Positions 34,238-42,264 of a stretch of 58,561 nucleotides of DNA are shown in pieces. The DNA lies in contig MWBF01000001.1 of assembly GCA_002068935.1 (NCBI GenBank), forward strand, positions 1 to 58,561, read 5' to 3'. Position 1 is the stretch's first letter, and every line of letters starts with the position of its first letter. The position numbers were made by a program, and so were the translations under genes. Source of the stretch: Chloroflexi bacterium ADurb.Bin325 (GTDB lineage: Bacteria > Chloroflexota > Anaerolineae > CG2-30-64-16). The notes beneath the pieces are model-generated. The model saw only the letters and a list, made by a program, of their open reading frames with translations, made no database searches and was not told the origin of the DNA.

Positions 34238-34444
34238 ATGAGCAGCTTTTCCAGCCCCCATTTCATGTATCTGTTCGAGATGAAGAGCGGCAAGAAGAAG
34301 CTGGCGTATGGCCGGTCGCCGGAGGATGCGCTCGACATCCTGCGCCTGCGCCTGAGCGATGCGGAGATGGCCGAGATCATCCCGGATCAGTATACCAAGA
34401 TCAACCAGCGCCACTTGCAGCAGTATACGAAGGATCTGGGGTAG
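34238..34444 (+). CDS. 68-aa hypothetical protein translationally coupled to the radical SAM gene
   Basis: The ATG is 9 nt after the rSAM TGA, with GAGG overlapping that stop. Sequence: MSSFSSPHFMYLFEMKSGKKKLAYGRSPEDALDILRLRLSDAEMAEIIPDQYTKINQRHLQQYTKDLG. Third positions are G/C-biased. I recognise no family. Confidence 0.5.
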   Translation: MSSFSSPHFMYLFEMKSGKKKLAYGRSPEDALDILRLRLSDAEMAEIIPDQYTKINQRHLQQYTKDLG

Positions 34445-34481
34445 CGACGACGCGGCCACAGAGGATGCAGCGCGCCTTATC

Positions 34482-34632
34482 GAGACTGTTTAAAAAATCC
34501 CCCGGCGACTGAAGTCACGGCCACCATCGCAAAGTCTGCCTGCGCAGACTCAAGCCCGCAAGTCTCCGCAAGGAGACTTAGCAAACGTGGCAGCGGTTTC
34601 AACCGCCCGTTTCGGACTTTTCAGACAATCTC
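34482..34632. mobile_element. MITE family A, complete copy with TIRs and 5-bp TSD
   Basis: TIRs GAGACTGTTTAAAAAATCC / GAGATTGTCTGAAAAGTCC (15 of 19 match). TTATC flanks it directly on both sides (34477-34481 and 34633-37). No ORF. Confidence 0.7.
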
Positions 34633-34696
34633 TTATCGAAGCCGCCGTCTCACACAACCGCCGGTTCTCTGCGGCCACATCCGTCGACCGTCCGCC

Positions 34697-34939
34697 ATGC
34701 GCATCTCCCCTGACCAGCGCCGCATCCTGCGCGCCATGCGCGAGGGCGCGACCCTCAAGGCTCACCGCACGCTCGACGGCGAGAAGACCCACCGCCTGCA
34801 CCCGCTGGTCGGCGAGCCGGAGACCGTCGCCAGCGCGGACGTCGTCTTCCTGCGCGACGCCGGGCTGATCCGGAGCAACATGAAGTTCCCCGCGGCCACC
34901 TATATCCTGACCGAGCGCGGCGTCGATCTGCCGCTTTAG
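34697..34939 (+). CDS. 80-aa hypothetical protein
   Basis: ATG start with strongly G/C-biased third positions. Sequence: MRISPDQRRILRAMREGATLKAHRTLDGEKTHRLHPLVGEPETV...YILTERG (winged-helix-like flavour). Its stop overlaps the convergent dtxR-family gene by 4 nt. Confidence 0.5.
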   Translation: MRISPDQRRILRAMREGATLKAHRTLDGEKTHRLHPLVGEPETVASADVVFLRDAGLIRSNMKFPAATYILTERGVDLPL

Positions 34940-35619
34940 GGCTGTTCCTCCGGCGCGGCAAAGATGCGCCGCGCCACCGCATCCCCCAGCACAACCTTCG
35001 AGTCGTTGACCTCCAGCCCCAGCGTCTGGTTGAAGGGCAGGATCTCGCGCACCGTCACCGCGGCGCCCGGCACGATCCCCTGTTTCTCCAGATAGGCCAT
35101 CAGCGCGGCGTCCTCCTCGATCGACTCGTGGACGCGCTTGATCCAGACGACCTGATCGAGCGGCGCGCTGCTCAGCGGACGCCACTCCTGGACCGCGGCC
35201 TCCTGGCCCGGCAACGGGTTGCCGTGCGGGCAGGTGCTGGCGTCCTCGAACTGCGCCAGCATGCGGGTCAGCGTGTCCTCAGAGATGGTGTGCTCGATGC
35301 GGTGCGCCTCCTCGTGCGTCTGCGACCAGGGCACGTCGAGCACGCGCGTGAGCAACAGCTCCAGCAGCATGTGCCGCCGCAGGAGCGACGCGGCCGCCGC
35401 GCGGCCCGCCGCGGTCAGGTGGATGAGCTTCTTCGCGTCGACCACGATCCAGCCGTCGCGCATCATCCGCTTGACCGTCGCCGTCACTGTGGGCGCGGAG
35501 ACCCCGATCCAATCGACGAGACGCTTGCTGTTGATGACCTCGCCGTCGCGCTCCAGGATGTAGATCACGCCCAGATAATCTTCCACCGTCGGTGTTGGCC
35601 GTGTATTCATCGGCATCAC
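34936..35619 (-). CDS. DtxR/MntR/IdeR-family metal-dependent transcriptional repressor with C-terminal FeoA-like domain
   Basis: TVEDYLGVIYILERDGEVINSKRLVDWIGVSAPTVTATVKRMMRDGWI (HTH), the metal-binding/dimerisation region HEEAHRIEHTISE, and a C-terminal SH3-like part. Confidence 0.88.
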   Translation of the reverse strand: MMPMNTRPTPTVEDYLGVIYILERDGEVINSKRLVDWIGVSAPTVTATVKRMMRDGWIVVDAKKLIHLTAAGRAAAASLLRRHMLLELLLTRVLDVPWSQTHEEAHRIEHTISEDTLTRMLAQFEDASTCPHGNPLPGQEAAVQEWRPLSSAPLDQVVWIKRVHESIEEDAALMAYLEKQGIVPGAAVTVREILPFNQTLGLEVNDSKVVLGDAVARRIFAAPEEQP

Positions 35620-35623
35620 TCAT

Positions 35624-35655
35624 TTGACACTTTTGCTACACTTAGCATATACTAA
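35624..35655 (+). promoter_or_regulatory. candidate promoter with overlapping TTAG...CTAA palindrome (possible DtxR-family operator)
   Basis: TTGACA (35624-29), an 18-nt spacer, then TATACT (35648-53). The imperfect palindrome TTAGCATATACTAA (35642-35655) overlaps the -10. A further GTTAGCAAC lies at 35664-72. Confidence 0.45.
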
Positions 35656-35783
35656 CTTCCAGCGTTAGCAACGCCTATTATAACAGATTACTGCCAGCTA
35701 ATCAACTTCACTTCAGCGTCGCGAGCGTCGAGCCTGGACAGCGCCGACGCCCGAATCGACCGGAAGAAAGGCCCATCGCGATC

Positions 35784-36881
35784 ATGTCACGTCGCACCCA
35801 TCTGTTGGTCCTGTTCATCGTGCTGGCATTCTCCCTGGCTGGCTGCGCGCCCGTCCCGGCCGCGGCCCCCGCTGCGCCCGCGGCCGAGGCCCCCGCGGCT
35901 GCGCCGGCGGCCGATGAGCCCGCGGCATCCGCCGCGGACGCCGTCGAAGGGGAGGTCGTTCTCTACACCGGGCGCTCCGAGCCGCTCATCCAGCCGGTGC
36001 TCGATGCGTTCCACGCCGCGCACCCCGATATCAACGTCCGCATGAAGGCGGGCGGCAACAGCGAGCTCGCCAATGCCCTGCTCGAAGAGCGCGGCAACCC
36101 GCAGGCCGACGTCTTCGTGACCACCGAGATGTTCACCGCGCAGGCGCTGGCCGACCAGGATGTCTTTGCGCCTTACCGGCCGGCCGGGGTCGCGGATTAT
36201 CCTGCCGGGTTCGTCGGCGCCAACGATACATGGATCGGCCTGACGCAGCGCGCGCGCATCATCATCTACAACAAGGATCTGGTCTCCGAGGACGAGCTGC
36301 CCACCTCGATCTTCGACCTGACCGACCCGCGCTGGAAGGGGCAGATTGCGTCCGCGGGCTCGACCAACGGCTCCATGCAGGCGCAGATCGCCGTGATGCG
36401 CCACCTGATCGGCGAGCCGGAGACCGAGGAGTGGCTGCGCGGCCTGATCGCCAACGATGTGACCTTCTTCCGCAGCCATACCGACGTGCGCCGGGCGGTC
36501 GGCGCGGGCGAGTTCAAGCTCGGCCTGGCGAACCACTACTACTATCACTTGCAGCTCGCCGAGGGCAGCAACGTCGGCGTCGTCTACCCTGACCAGGGCG
36601 AGGGCGAGATCGGGCTCATCACCAACGCGACCGCGGTCGGCATCATCCAGGGCGGCCCGCACCCGAACGCGGCCCGCGTGCTGGTCGATTTCCTGGTCTC
36701 CCCCGAGGGGCAGCACATCTTTGCCGAGCGGAACTACGAATATCCGCTGCTGCCGGGCATCGCGGCGCGCGAGGGCGTTGCGCCGCTGGAGAACTATCGG
36801 CTGGCAGAGGTGGATCTCTCCAACGCGGTCCAGGATTCCGAGGAAGTCTTCGCCTTGATGGAGAAGGTGGGACTGCCCTGA
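35784..36881 (+). CDS. Fe(III)-type ABC transporter substrate-binding lipoprotein (FbpA/AfuA-like)
   Basis: Lipoprotein signal LAFSLAGC and an Ala/Pro linker. Family-1 SBP pattern (VVLYTGRSE ... NSELANAL ... ADVFVT). Followed by a fused double permease and an FbpC-like ATPase. Confidence 0.85.
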   Translation: MSRRTHLLVLFIVLAFSLAGCAPVPAAAPAAPAAEAPAAAPAADEPAASAADAVEGEVVLYTGRSEPLIQPVLDAFHAAHPDINVRMKAGGNSELANALLEERGNPQADVFVTTEMFTAQALADQDVFAPYRPAGVADYPAGFVGANDTWIGLTQRARIIIYNKDLVSEDELPTSIFDLTDPRWKGQIASAGSTNGSMQAQIAVMRHLIGEPETEEWLRGLIANDVTFFRSHTDVRRAVGAGEFKLGLANHYYYHLQLAEGSNVGVVYPDQGEGEIGLITNATAVGIIQGGPHPNAARVLVDFLVSPEGQHIFAERNYEYPLLPGIAAREGVAPLENYRLAEVDLSNAVQDSEEVFALMEKVGLP

Positions 36882-36913
36882 TGGCGTTCGGCGTCCCGCG
36901 GCCCTGACGATCC

Positions 36914-38545
36914 ATGCAAGCCGCCCAATTCTCCCGTGTATCGCGGCGCGTGCGCGACTTCAGCCCCCGTCTGGCAACAGTCGCGGGGCTGATCGCGCTC
37001 CTCGCCTCCGTGCCGCTGCTGTACGTCATGCTGCGCGCCGCGACGGCCGACCCGGCGGACTGGGCGCGGCTGCTGCAAGGCCGCATCTGGTATCTGCTCG
37101 GCAACACCCTGCTCCTGGTTGTCTCGGTGACGGGCGGCACGCTGCTCGTCGGCGTCAGCATGGCCTGGCTGACCGAGCGGACGGATCTGCCCGGCCGCAA
37201 GATGCTGCGGTGGCTGCTCGCGCTGCCGCTGGCCATCCCGGCCTACATCGGCGCGGTCATCCACCTGGTGCTCCTGCGGCCGCGCGGCGGGCTGCTGCCG
37301 TTGTGGCTGGCCGAACGGCTCGGCCACCCCGTCACCCTGCCCAGCCCGCTGGGCTGGGCGGGCGCGACCTTCATCCTGACGATCTTCATGTTCCCGTACG
37401 TCTATCTGCTCAGCGGCGCGGCCTTCCGCACGATGGGCGCGTCGATGGAGGAGGCCGCGCGCACGCTCGGCCGCACGCCCTGGCAGACGCTGTGGCACGT
37501 GACGCTGCCCGTGCTGCGGCCGGGGCTGACGGCCGGCGCGCTGCTGGTCGCGCTGGACGTGCTGGCCGAATACGGGACGGTCGCGCTGCTGCGCTACGAG
37601 ACCTTCTCGACGGCCATCTTCATCCAGCTATCCGGCCGCTATGACCGCTCCGCCGCGGCCATCCTGAGCGGCGTCCTCATCATGCTGGCGATCATCGTGC
37701 TGTGGGGCGAGCTGCATATCCAGGGGCAGGCCCGCTTCACGCAGACCGAAAGCAACTGGCGGCCCGCGGCGACCGTCCGGCTGGGCCGCTGGCGCGTGCC
37801 CGCGCTGCTCCTGGTGCTCGGCGTCGTCATCGCCAGCCTGCTGATCCCGGCCACGATGCTCGTGGCGTGGAGCATCCAGGCACTGCTGAACGCGGATACG
37901 GCCGCGGCCCTGTTCCGCAGCGGCACCGTCGGCTTCGGCAATTTCGCCTGGAACAGCCTGTGGACCGCGCTGCTGGCCGCGGGGGTGACGATCGCGCTCT
38001 CGCTGCCGGTCTCGCAACTGGCGACGCGCCACCCCGGCGCGTTCACGCGCGTGCTCAGCCGGCTCTGCCAGGTAGGCTACGCGGTGCCCGGGGTCGTGGT
38101 GGCGCTGAGCCTGCTGTTATTGGTGAACCGCTGGCTGCCCTTCCTCTACTCGACGCCCTTCATCGTGGTCATCGCATACGTCGTGCGCTACATGCCGCAG
38201 GCCGTCCGCGCGAGCGAGGCCGCGCTCAAGCAGATCAGCCCGACGCTGGAGGAGGCCGCGCATACGCTGGGCCGCGGCTCGCTGCTGGCCTTCGTCCAGG
38301 TCACGCTGCCGCTGGTGACGCCCGGCCTGCTGGCCGGCGCCGCGCTCGTCTTCCTGTCCGCGCTCAAGGAGCTGCCCGCGACCCTGCTGCTGCGCCCCGC
38401 CGGCTTCGACACCCTGGCGGTGCGCGTATGGGTGTGGGCGAACGATGGTCTTTATCTACAGGCTGCGCCGGCCGCGCTGGCCCTGGTGCTGGCGTCGGCG
38501 CTGCCGATGTCGCTATTATTGCGCAGGGAGCGCATCTTCAAATGA
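36914..38545 (+). CDS. iron ABC transporter permease (duplicated FbpB-like, 12 TM)
   Basis: 543 aa with two EAA-loop regions (EEAARTLGRTPWQTLWHVTLPVLRP and EEAAHTLGRGSLLAFVQVTLPLVTP). Confidence 0.9.
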   Translation: MQAAQFSRVSRRVRDFSPRLATVAGLIALLASVPLLYVMLRAATADPADWARLLQGRIWYLLGNTLLLVVSVTGGTLLVGVSMAWLTERTDLPGRKMLRWLLALPLAIPAYIGAVIHLVLLRPRGGLLPLWLAERLGHPVTLPSPLGWAGATFILTIFMFPYVYLLSGAAFRTMGASMEEAARTLGRTPWQTLWHVTLPVLRPGLTAGALLVALDVLAEYGTVALLRYETFSTAIFIQLSGRYDRSAAAILSGVLIMLAIIVLWGELHIQGQARFTQTESNWRPAATVRLGRWRVPALLLVLGVVIASLLIPATMLVAWSIQALLNADTAAALFRSGTVGFGNFAWNSLWTALLAAGVTIALSLPVSQLATRHPGAFTRVLSRLCQVGYAVPGVVVALSLLLLVNRWLPFLYSTPFIVVIAYVVRYMPQAVRASEAALKQISPTLEEAAHTLGRGSLLAFVQVTLPLVTPGLLAGAALVFLSALKELPATLLLRPAGFDTLAVRVWVWANDGLYLQAAPAALALVLASALPMSLLLRRERIFK

Positions 38546-39663
38546 CAACACTTCAGGTCGACCAACTGACCAAACGCTTTGCCGGGGTCGAACGTCCGGT
38601 GGTGCACGACATCTCCTTCGAGGTGGCCGAGGGGGAGATCCTGGCGCTCGTGGGGCCCAGCGGCTGCGGCAAGACCACGACGCTGCGCCTCATCGCGGGG
38701 CTCGAACGCCCCGACAGCGGCGTCATCCGGCTGGGGGGCCGGGTCGTGGCCTCGGACACGATCCAGGTGCCGCCGGAACGCCGCGATGTCGGCATGGTCT
38801 TCCAGGATCACGCGCTCTTCCCGCATCTGTCCGTGTTCGACAACGTCGCGTTCGGGCTGCGCGGGCTCAGCCGCAGCGCGCGCCGCGCGCGGGTGGCCGA
38901 GCTGCTGGAGCTGGTGGGGCTGCGCGGGCTTGCCGCGCGCTATCCGCACGCGCTGTCCGGCGGCGAGCGCCAGCGCGTCGCGCTGGCCCGCGCGCTCGCG
39001 CCGCAGCCGGTCGTCGTGCTGATGGACGAGCCGTTCAGCAGCCTGGACGCGGACATGCGCCTCGAGGTGCGCGAACAGGTGCGCGGCATCCTCAAGACCC
39101 TGCACACGACCGCGGTCTTCGTCACCCACGACCAGGACGAGGCGCTCTTCATGGGCGACCGGCTGGCCGTGTTCCAGCACGGCTGTCTGGAGCAGATCGG
39201 GACGCCGGAGGATGTCTTCCACGCATCCGGCACCCGCTTCGTGGCCGAGTTCATGGGCGACAGCGACTTCCTGGCCGGCGAGACCGCAGCGGACGGCATC
39301 CGCACCGCGCTCGGCACGCTGACGCGGGTCGGCGCGCTGCCGGTGGGCACCGCGGTGGAGGTGGCGCTGCGCGGGGACGACGTGGACTTCGTGCCCGCGG
39401 AGAACGGCAACGCGGTCGTGCGCGAGCGCTTCTTCCGCGGCGCGTTCAACGTCTACCGCCTGGCGCTCGATTCGGGCCAGGTCGTGCACGCGCTCAAGTC
39501 GCACACCGAGGCGCTGCCCGCGGGCACACGCGTGCGCGCATACATCAGCGCGCAGCATCCGCTGGCGGTCTTCCCCGACGGCCAGGCCGCGCGGCTGGGC
39601 CGCTGCGTCGTGTGCAACACCGAGTTCCACCACGCCGGCCCCTTCCCGATGAGCAAGATGTAG
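38542..39663 (+). CDS. ABC transporter ATP-binding protein (FbpC/PotA-like)
   Basis: ATGA overlap with the permease stop. Walker A GPSGCGKTT, signature LSGGERQRVALARAL, Walker B VLMDEPFSSLD, and a C-terminal TOBE-like domain. Confidence 0.92.
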   Translation: MTTLQVDQLTKRFAGVERPVVHDISFEVAEGEILALVGPSGCGKTTTLRLIAGLERPDSGVIRLGGRVVASDTIQVPPERRDVGMVFQDHALFPHLSVFDNVAFGLRGLSRSARRARVAELLELVGLRGLAARYPHALSGGERQRVALARALAPQPVVVLMDEPFSSLDADMRLEVREQVRGILKTLHTTAVFVTHDQDEALFMGDRLAVFQHGCLEQIGTPEDVFHASGTRFVAEFMGDSDFLAGETAADGIRTALGTLTRVGALPVGTAVEVALRGDDVDFVPAENGNAVVRERFFRGAFNVYRLALDSGQVVHALKSHTEALPAGTRVRAYISAQHPLAVFPDGQAARLGRCVVCNTEFHHAGPFPMSKM

Positions 39664-39672
39664 GCTTCGCCC

Positions 39673-40013
39673 GGCCCCCACCCCGGCCCTCCCCCGCTGC
39701 GCGGGGGAGGGGGCAGCTTTCTCCCCTGCCCCCGTCGGAACGGGAGAAGGGGTCGGGGGATGGGGGTAATCTGGCCCCCACCCCGGGCCCCCGCTGCGCA
39801 GGGGAGGGAGCGGCTTTCTCCCCTTCCACCGTCGGAACGGGAGAAGGGGTCGGGGGATGGGGGTAATCTGGCCCCCACCCCGGCCCTCCCCCGCTGCGCA
39901 GGGGAGGGAGCGGCTTTCTCCCCTGCCCCTGTCGGGACGGGGGAAGGGGTCGGGGGATGGGGGTAATCTGGCCCCTACCCCAACCCCTCGCCCGCTCGTA
40001 GGGGAGGGGTTGC
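39673..40013. repeat. G-rich tandem array (about 3.4 copies, 97-100 nt period; family C)
   Basis: GGCCCCCACCCC starts at 39673, 39773 and 39870, with a degenerate copy at 39970. Units contain hairpins CCCTCCCCCGCTGCGCGGGGGAGGG and CCCGTCGGAACGGG, plus the G-tract run GGGAGAAGGGGTCGGGGGATGGGGG. Confidence 0.9.
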
Positions 40014-40014
40014 T

Positions 40015-40068
40015 GGGGCCGGTCTCTGACCGTGCCCCTCTGGCTCGGTCGGAGACCGGCCAGAGCAG
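40015..40068. repeat. family B hairpin core without terminal ATCCGAAAA ends
   Basis: GGGGCCGGTCTCTGACCGTGCCCCTCTGGCTCGGTCGGAGACCGGCCAGAGCAG, near-identical to 19762-19810. Confidence 0.7.
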
Positions 40069-40128
40069 TAAACCGCCCCGGGCTCCCGCTGCGCAGGGGA
40101 GGGGGGCTTTTGAGGTCGCCCTCGGCCC

Positions 40129-40872
40129 TCAGATCTGTGCGAACAGGTCGGGGAAGTCCGAGCCGATGCTATCCACGCCCATGTGGGCCAACATGCGGAT
40201 GGTGGGCAGGTCGTTGGGATTCCATGCGCTGACCGCGATGCCCGCGGCATGGGCCTCCTGCACGAGCGCGGGGGTGATGTACGCCCAGTGCGGGTTGATG
40301 GAGGCCGCGCCGGCCAGCCGCGCCGCGGCCACCGGGTCTACCAGGCCGCCGACGTAGAGGATGCCGGTGACGAGCTTCGGCTCGATGAGCTTGGCCTCGC
40401 GCAGCACCAGGTGATCGAAGCTGATGACGATGGCTTTGTCGAGCATGGCGAATTCGCGCAGCAGGTCGATGACCTTGCCCGCGATGCCCGGATAGTAGAT
40501 CGGGCCGTTCTTGATCTCGATGGCGACCGGCACGCGATCCACGGCCCAGGCCAGCAGCTCGCGCAGCGTCGGCACCTGCTCGCCGGCGAACTGCGGATCG
40601 AACCACGAGCCCGCATCGAGCTGCTTCAGCTCGGCCAGCGTCAGATCCTTGACGAAGCCGTGGCCGTTCGTCGTGCGATCCACCGTATGATCGTGGATGG
40701 CGATCAGCTCGCCGTCCTTGCTCAGGTGGACGTCGGTCTCGACCGCCAGCACGCCGATCTCGTAGCCCCGATTGAACGACGCCAGGGTGTTTTCGGGCGC
40801 GTGGCCCTTGGCCCCCCGGTGTCCCACACAGCCGACCGCCGCGCCGGGCTGGCGCAGCAATGCGTATGCCAT
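40129..40872 (-). CDS. glycerophosphodiester phosphodiesterase
   Basis: GHRGAKGHAPENTLASF, ETDVHLSKDGELIAIHD and VAIEIK motifs. The ATG at 40872 is preceded by GGAGGA; the longer track ORF upstream is Arg-rich and not credible. Confidence 0.88.
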   Translation of the reverse strand: MAYALLRQPGAAVGCVGHRGAKGHAPENTLASFNRGYEIGVLAVETDVHLSKDGELIAIHDHTVDRTTNGHGFVKDLTLAELKQLDAGSWFDPQFAGEQVPTLRELLAWAVDRVPVAIEIKNGPIYYPGIAGKVIDLLREFAMLDKAIVISFDHLVLREAKLIEPKLVTGILYVGGLVDPVAAARLAGAASINPHWAYITPALVQEAHAAGIAVSAWNPNDLPTIRMLAHMGVDSIGSDFPDLFAQI

Positions 40873-40924
40873 GATATCCTCCACGATGATTGCCCGTCCG
40901 CGGCGCAGCCTGCCGCGACGACGG

Positions 40925-41437
40925 TTATTCGTATTTCTCGACCTTGAACCGGTATAGCTCCACCGGCTCGTCCGGCCCCAGGCCGGCCTTGAGCCGCGCG
41001 TAGCGCACCTGGGTCGCGACATCGTCGATGCCCTCGATGTCGGGCAGCAGCAGCCCGCGGCGCCAGCCGTGCTGGACGATGACGCCGTACCGCCGGGGAT
41101 CCAGCTCGGCCTCGGACGCGATGCGCTCCGGCGGGTGGAGCACGCTCACGTCGATGACCAGGTCGGCCAGCTCGTCGGCCGTCACCGGCGGGAAGCGCGG
41201 GTCGCGCGTGGCCGCGGAGATGGCGTTGTTGATGACCTCCTGCGCCAGCGTGTCCTCGGTCGCCGCGATGGTGCCGATGCAGCCGCGCAGCTCGCGGGAG
41301 GCGCGGGTGTGCAGCGTCACGAACGCGCCGGCCGGCTCGCCCTCGATGGCCGCGGGCGCGTCCGCGGGGCGCAGATGGCGACCCTGGCGCACGTAGGCCT
41401 CGATCGCGGCGCGGGCCAACTGGACAAGCGGGTGTTC
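40925..41437 (-). CDS. AMMECR1-domain protein
   Basis: GAFVTLH ... LRGCIGT signature and DPRFPPV. Start MEHPLV (41437) or 41467. Confidence 0.88.
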   Translation of the reverse strand, partial: EHPLVQLARAAIEAYVRQGRHLRPADAPAAIEGEPAGAFVTLHTRASRELRGCIGTIAATEDTLAQEVINNAISAATRDPRFPPVTADELADLVIDVSVLHPPERIASEAELDPRRYGVIVQHGWRRGLLLPDIEGIDDVATQVRYARLKAGLGPDEPVELYRFKVEKYE

Positions 41438-41492
41438 CATCTCGACCTCCTCATCGAGCGTGCTCACGCCGGGGTGCCCGCGTTTCTGGTCG

Positions 41493-42095
41493 CTACTCGT
41501 CCAGCTCGCCGGTCAGCTCCGGGTCGGCCCACACGGCCCAGGCCCAGGGGTGCTGGCCCAGGCCATCGGTCGCCAGCGTCAGGCGCAGGACGTTGCCCGC
41601 CTGGAAGGGCAGCTTGATCTCGAGGGGCTGCCAGACGCGCGGATAGGCCGCCCGGCTCCACACCTGCCACCCGTCCACGCGGACGCGGAACGCGACCAGC
41701 CGGTCATCGCCCTGGCCGCCGTCGCGAATCCCGATGGCCGCGCGCAGCCGGAGATCTCTAAGCCCCGCGGGCACGGGCACGTGGTAGTCGATCTGCGCCT
41801 CGCCGTCGACGGGCGGGTGCTGCCAGAGCGCGGGCCGGCGCTCGCCGCCGACCACGGCCTCGCCCAGCTTGACCTCCATGCCCTCGGCCACCCGGGAGGC
41901 GCGCACGTCCGCGCCGGCGAGGTTTTCGAGAAAGCTGTAGCGCCAGGGGCGGCCCGCGCGGCGGTCGTCCTGCGCCAGGCGCTCGCTGCGCCAGCGGAGA
42001 TAGGCCACGTATTCGCGCACGAGCGCCTGATCCGCGGGCGCGAGCGCGGCAATGCTGTCCAGCAGGTCTCGGTATGATGCGGTCTGCTCGGTCAT
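41493..42095 (-). CDS. hypothetical protein (200 aa)
   Basis: The ATG at 42095 is preceded by GAGGGGAG. It has an N-terminal helical part and a beta-rich C-terminus ending LRLTLATDGLGQHPWAWAVWADPEL (jelly-roll/NPCBM-like flavour). No firm family assignment. Confidence 0.55.
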   Translation of the reverse strand: MTEQTASYRDLLDSIAALAPADQALVREYVAYLRWRSERLAQDDRRAGRPWRYSFLENLAGADVRASRVAEGMEVKLGEAVVGGERRPALWQHPPVDGEAQIDYHVPVPAGLRDLRLRAAIGIRDGGQGDDRLVAFRVRVDGWQVWSRAAYPRVWQPLEIKLPFQAGNVLRLTLATDGLGQHPWAWAVWADPELTGELDE

Positions 42096-42180
42096 CGTCT
42101 CCCCTCGCTGATAGGTTGATTCTAGCATTGCCGCGCGATTCGCGCCAACGGGATGGGGGTGGGGGCGCTCGCCGGCCGCG

Positions 42181-42217
42181 GGAATAGAAAGGCGGAGGCA
42201 CGACGCTGTGCCTCCGC
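42181..42217 (-). terminator. candidate intrinsic terminator after the COG2403 gene
   Basis: Perfect 10-bp stem GCGGAGGCAC / GTGCCTCCGC (42192-42201, 42208-42217) followed on the minus strand by CTTTCTATTCC. Confidence 0.4.
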
Positions 42218-42264
42218 GGGTCAAACCGATCCGTCGCAGAAGTGCGGGGCCGGGTTGGCCGCTG

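Noticed and set aside
39545-40357. Several 60-170-aa ORFs (for example 39760..39966 and 39857..40357) giving PLPPSEREKGSGDGGNLAPTP-type peptides
   Set aside because: They are translations of the family C tandem repeat in different frames. The periodic identity at DNA level explains them, and they lack RBS or start context.
40873-41022. Extended 297-aa version of the GDPD ORF
   Set aside because: The N-terminal 50 residues are Arg/Ser/Gly-rich and overlap the 3' end of the AMMECR1 gene. An ATG at 40872 with GGAGGA gives the canonical GDPD start.
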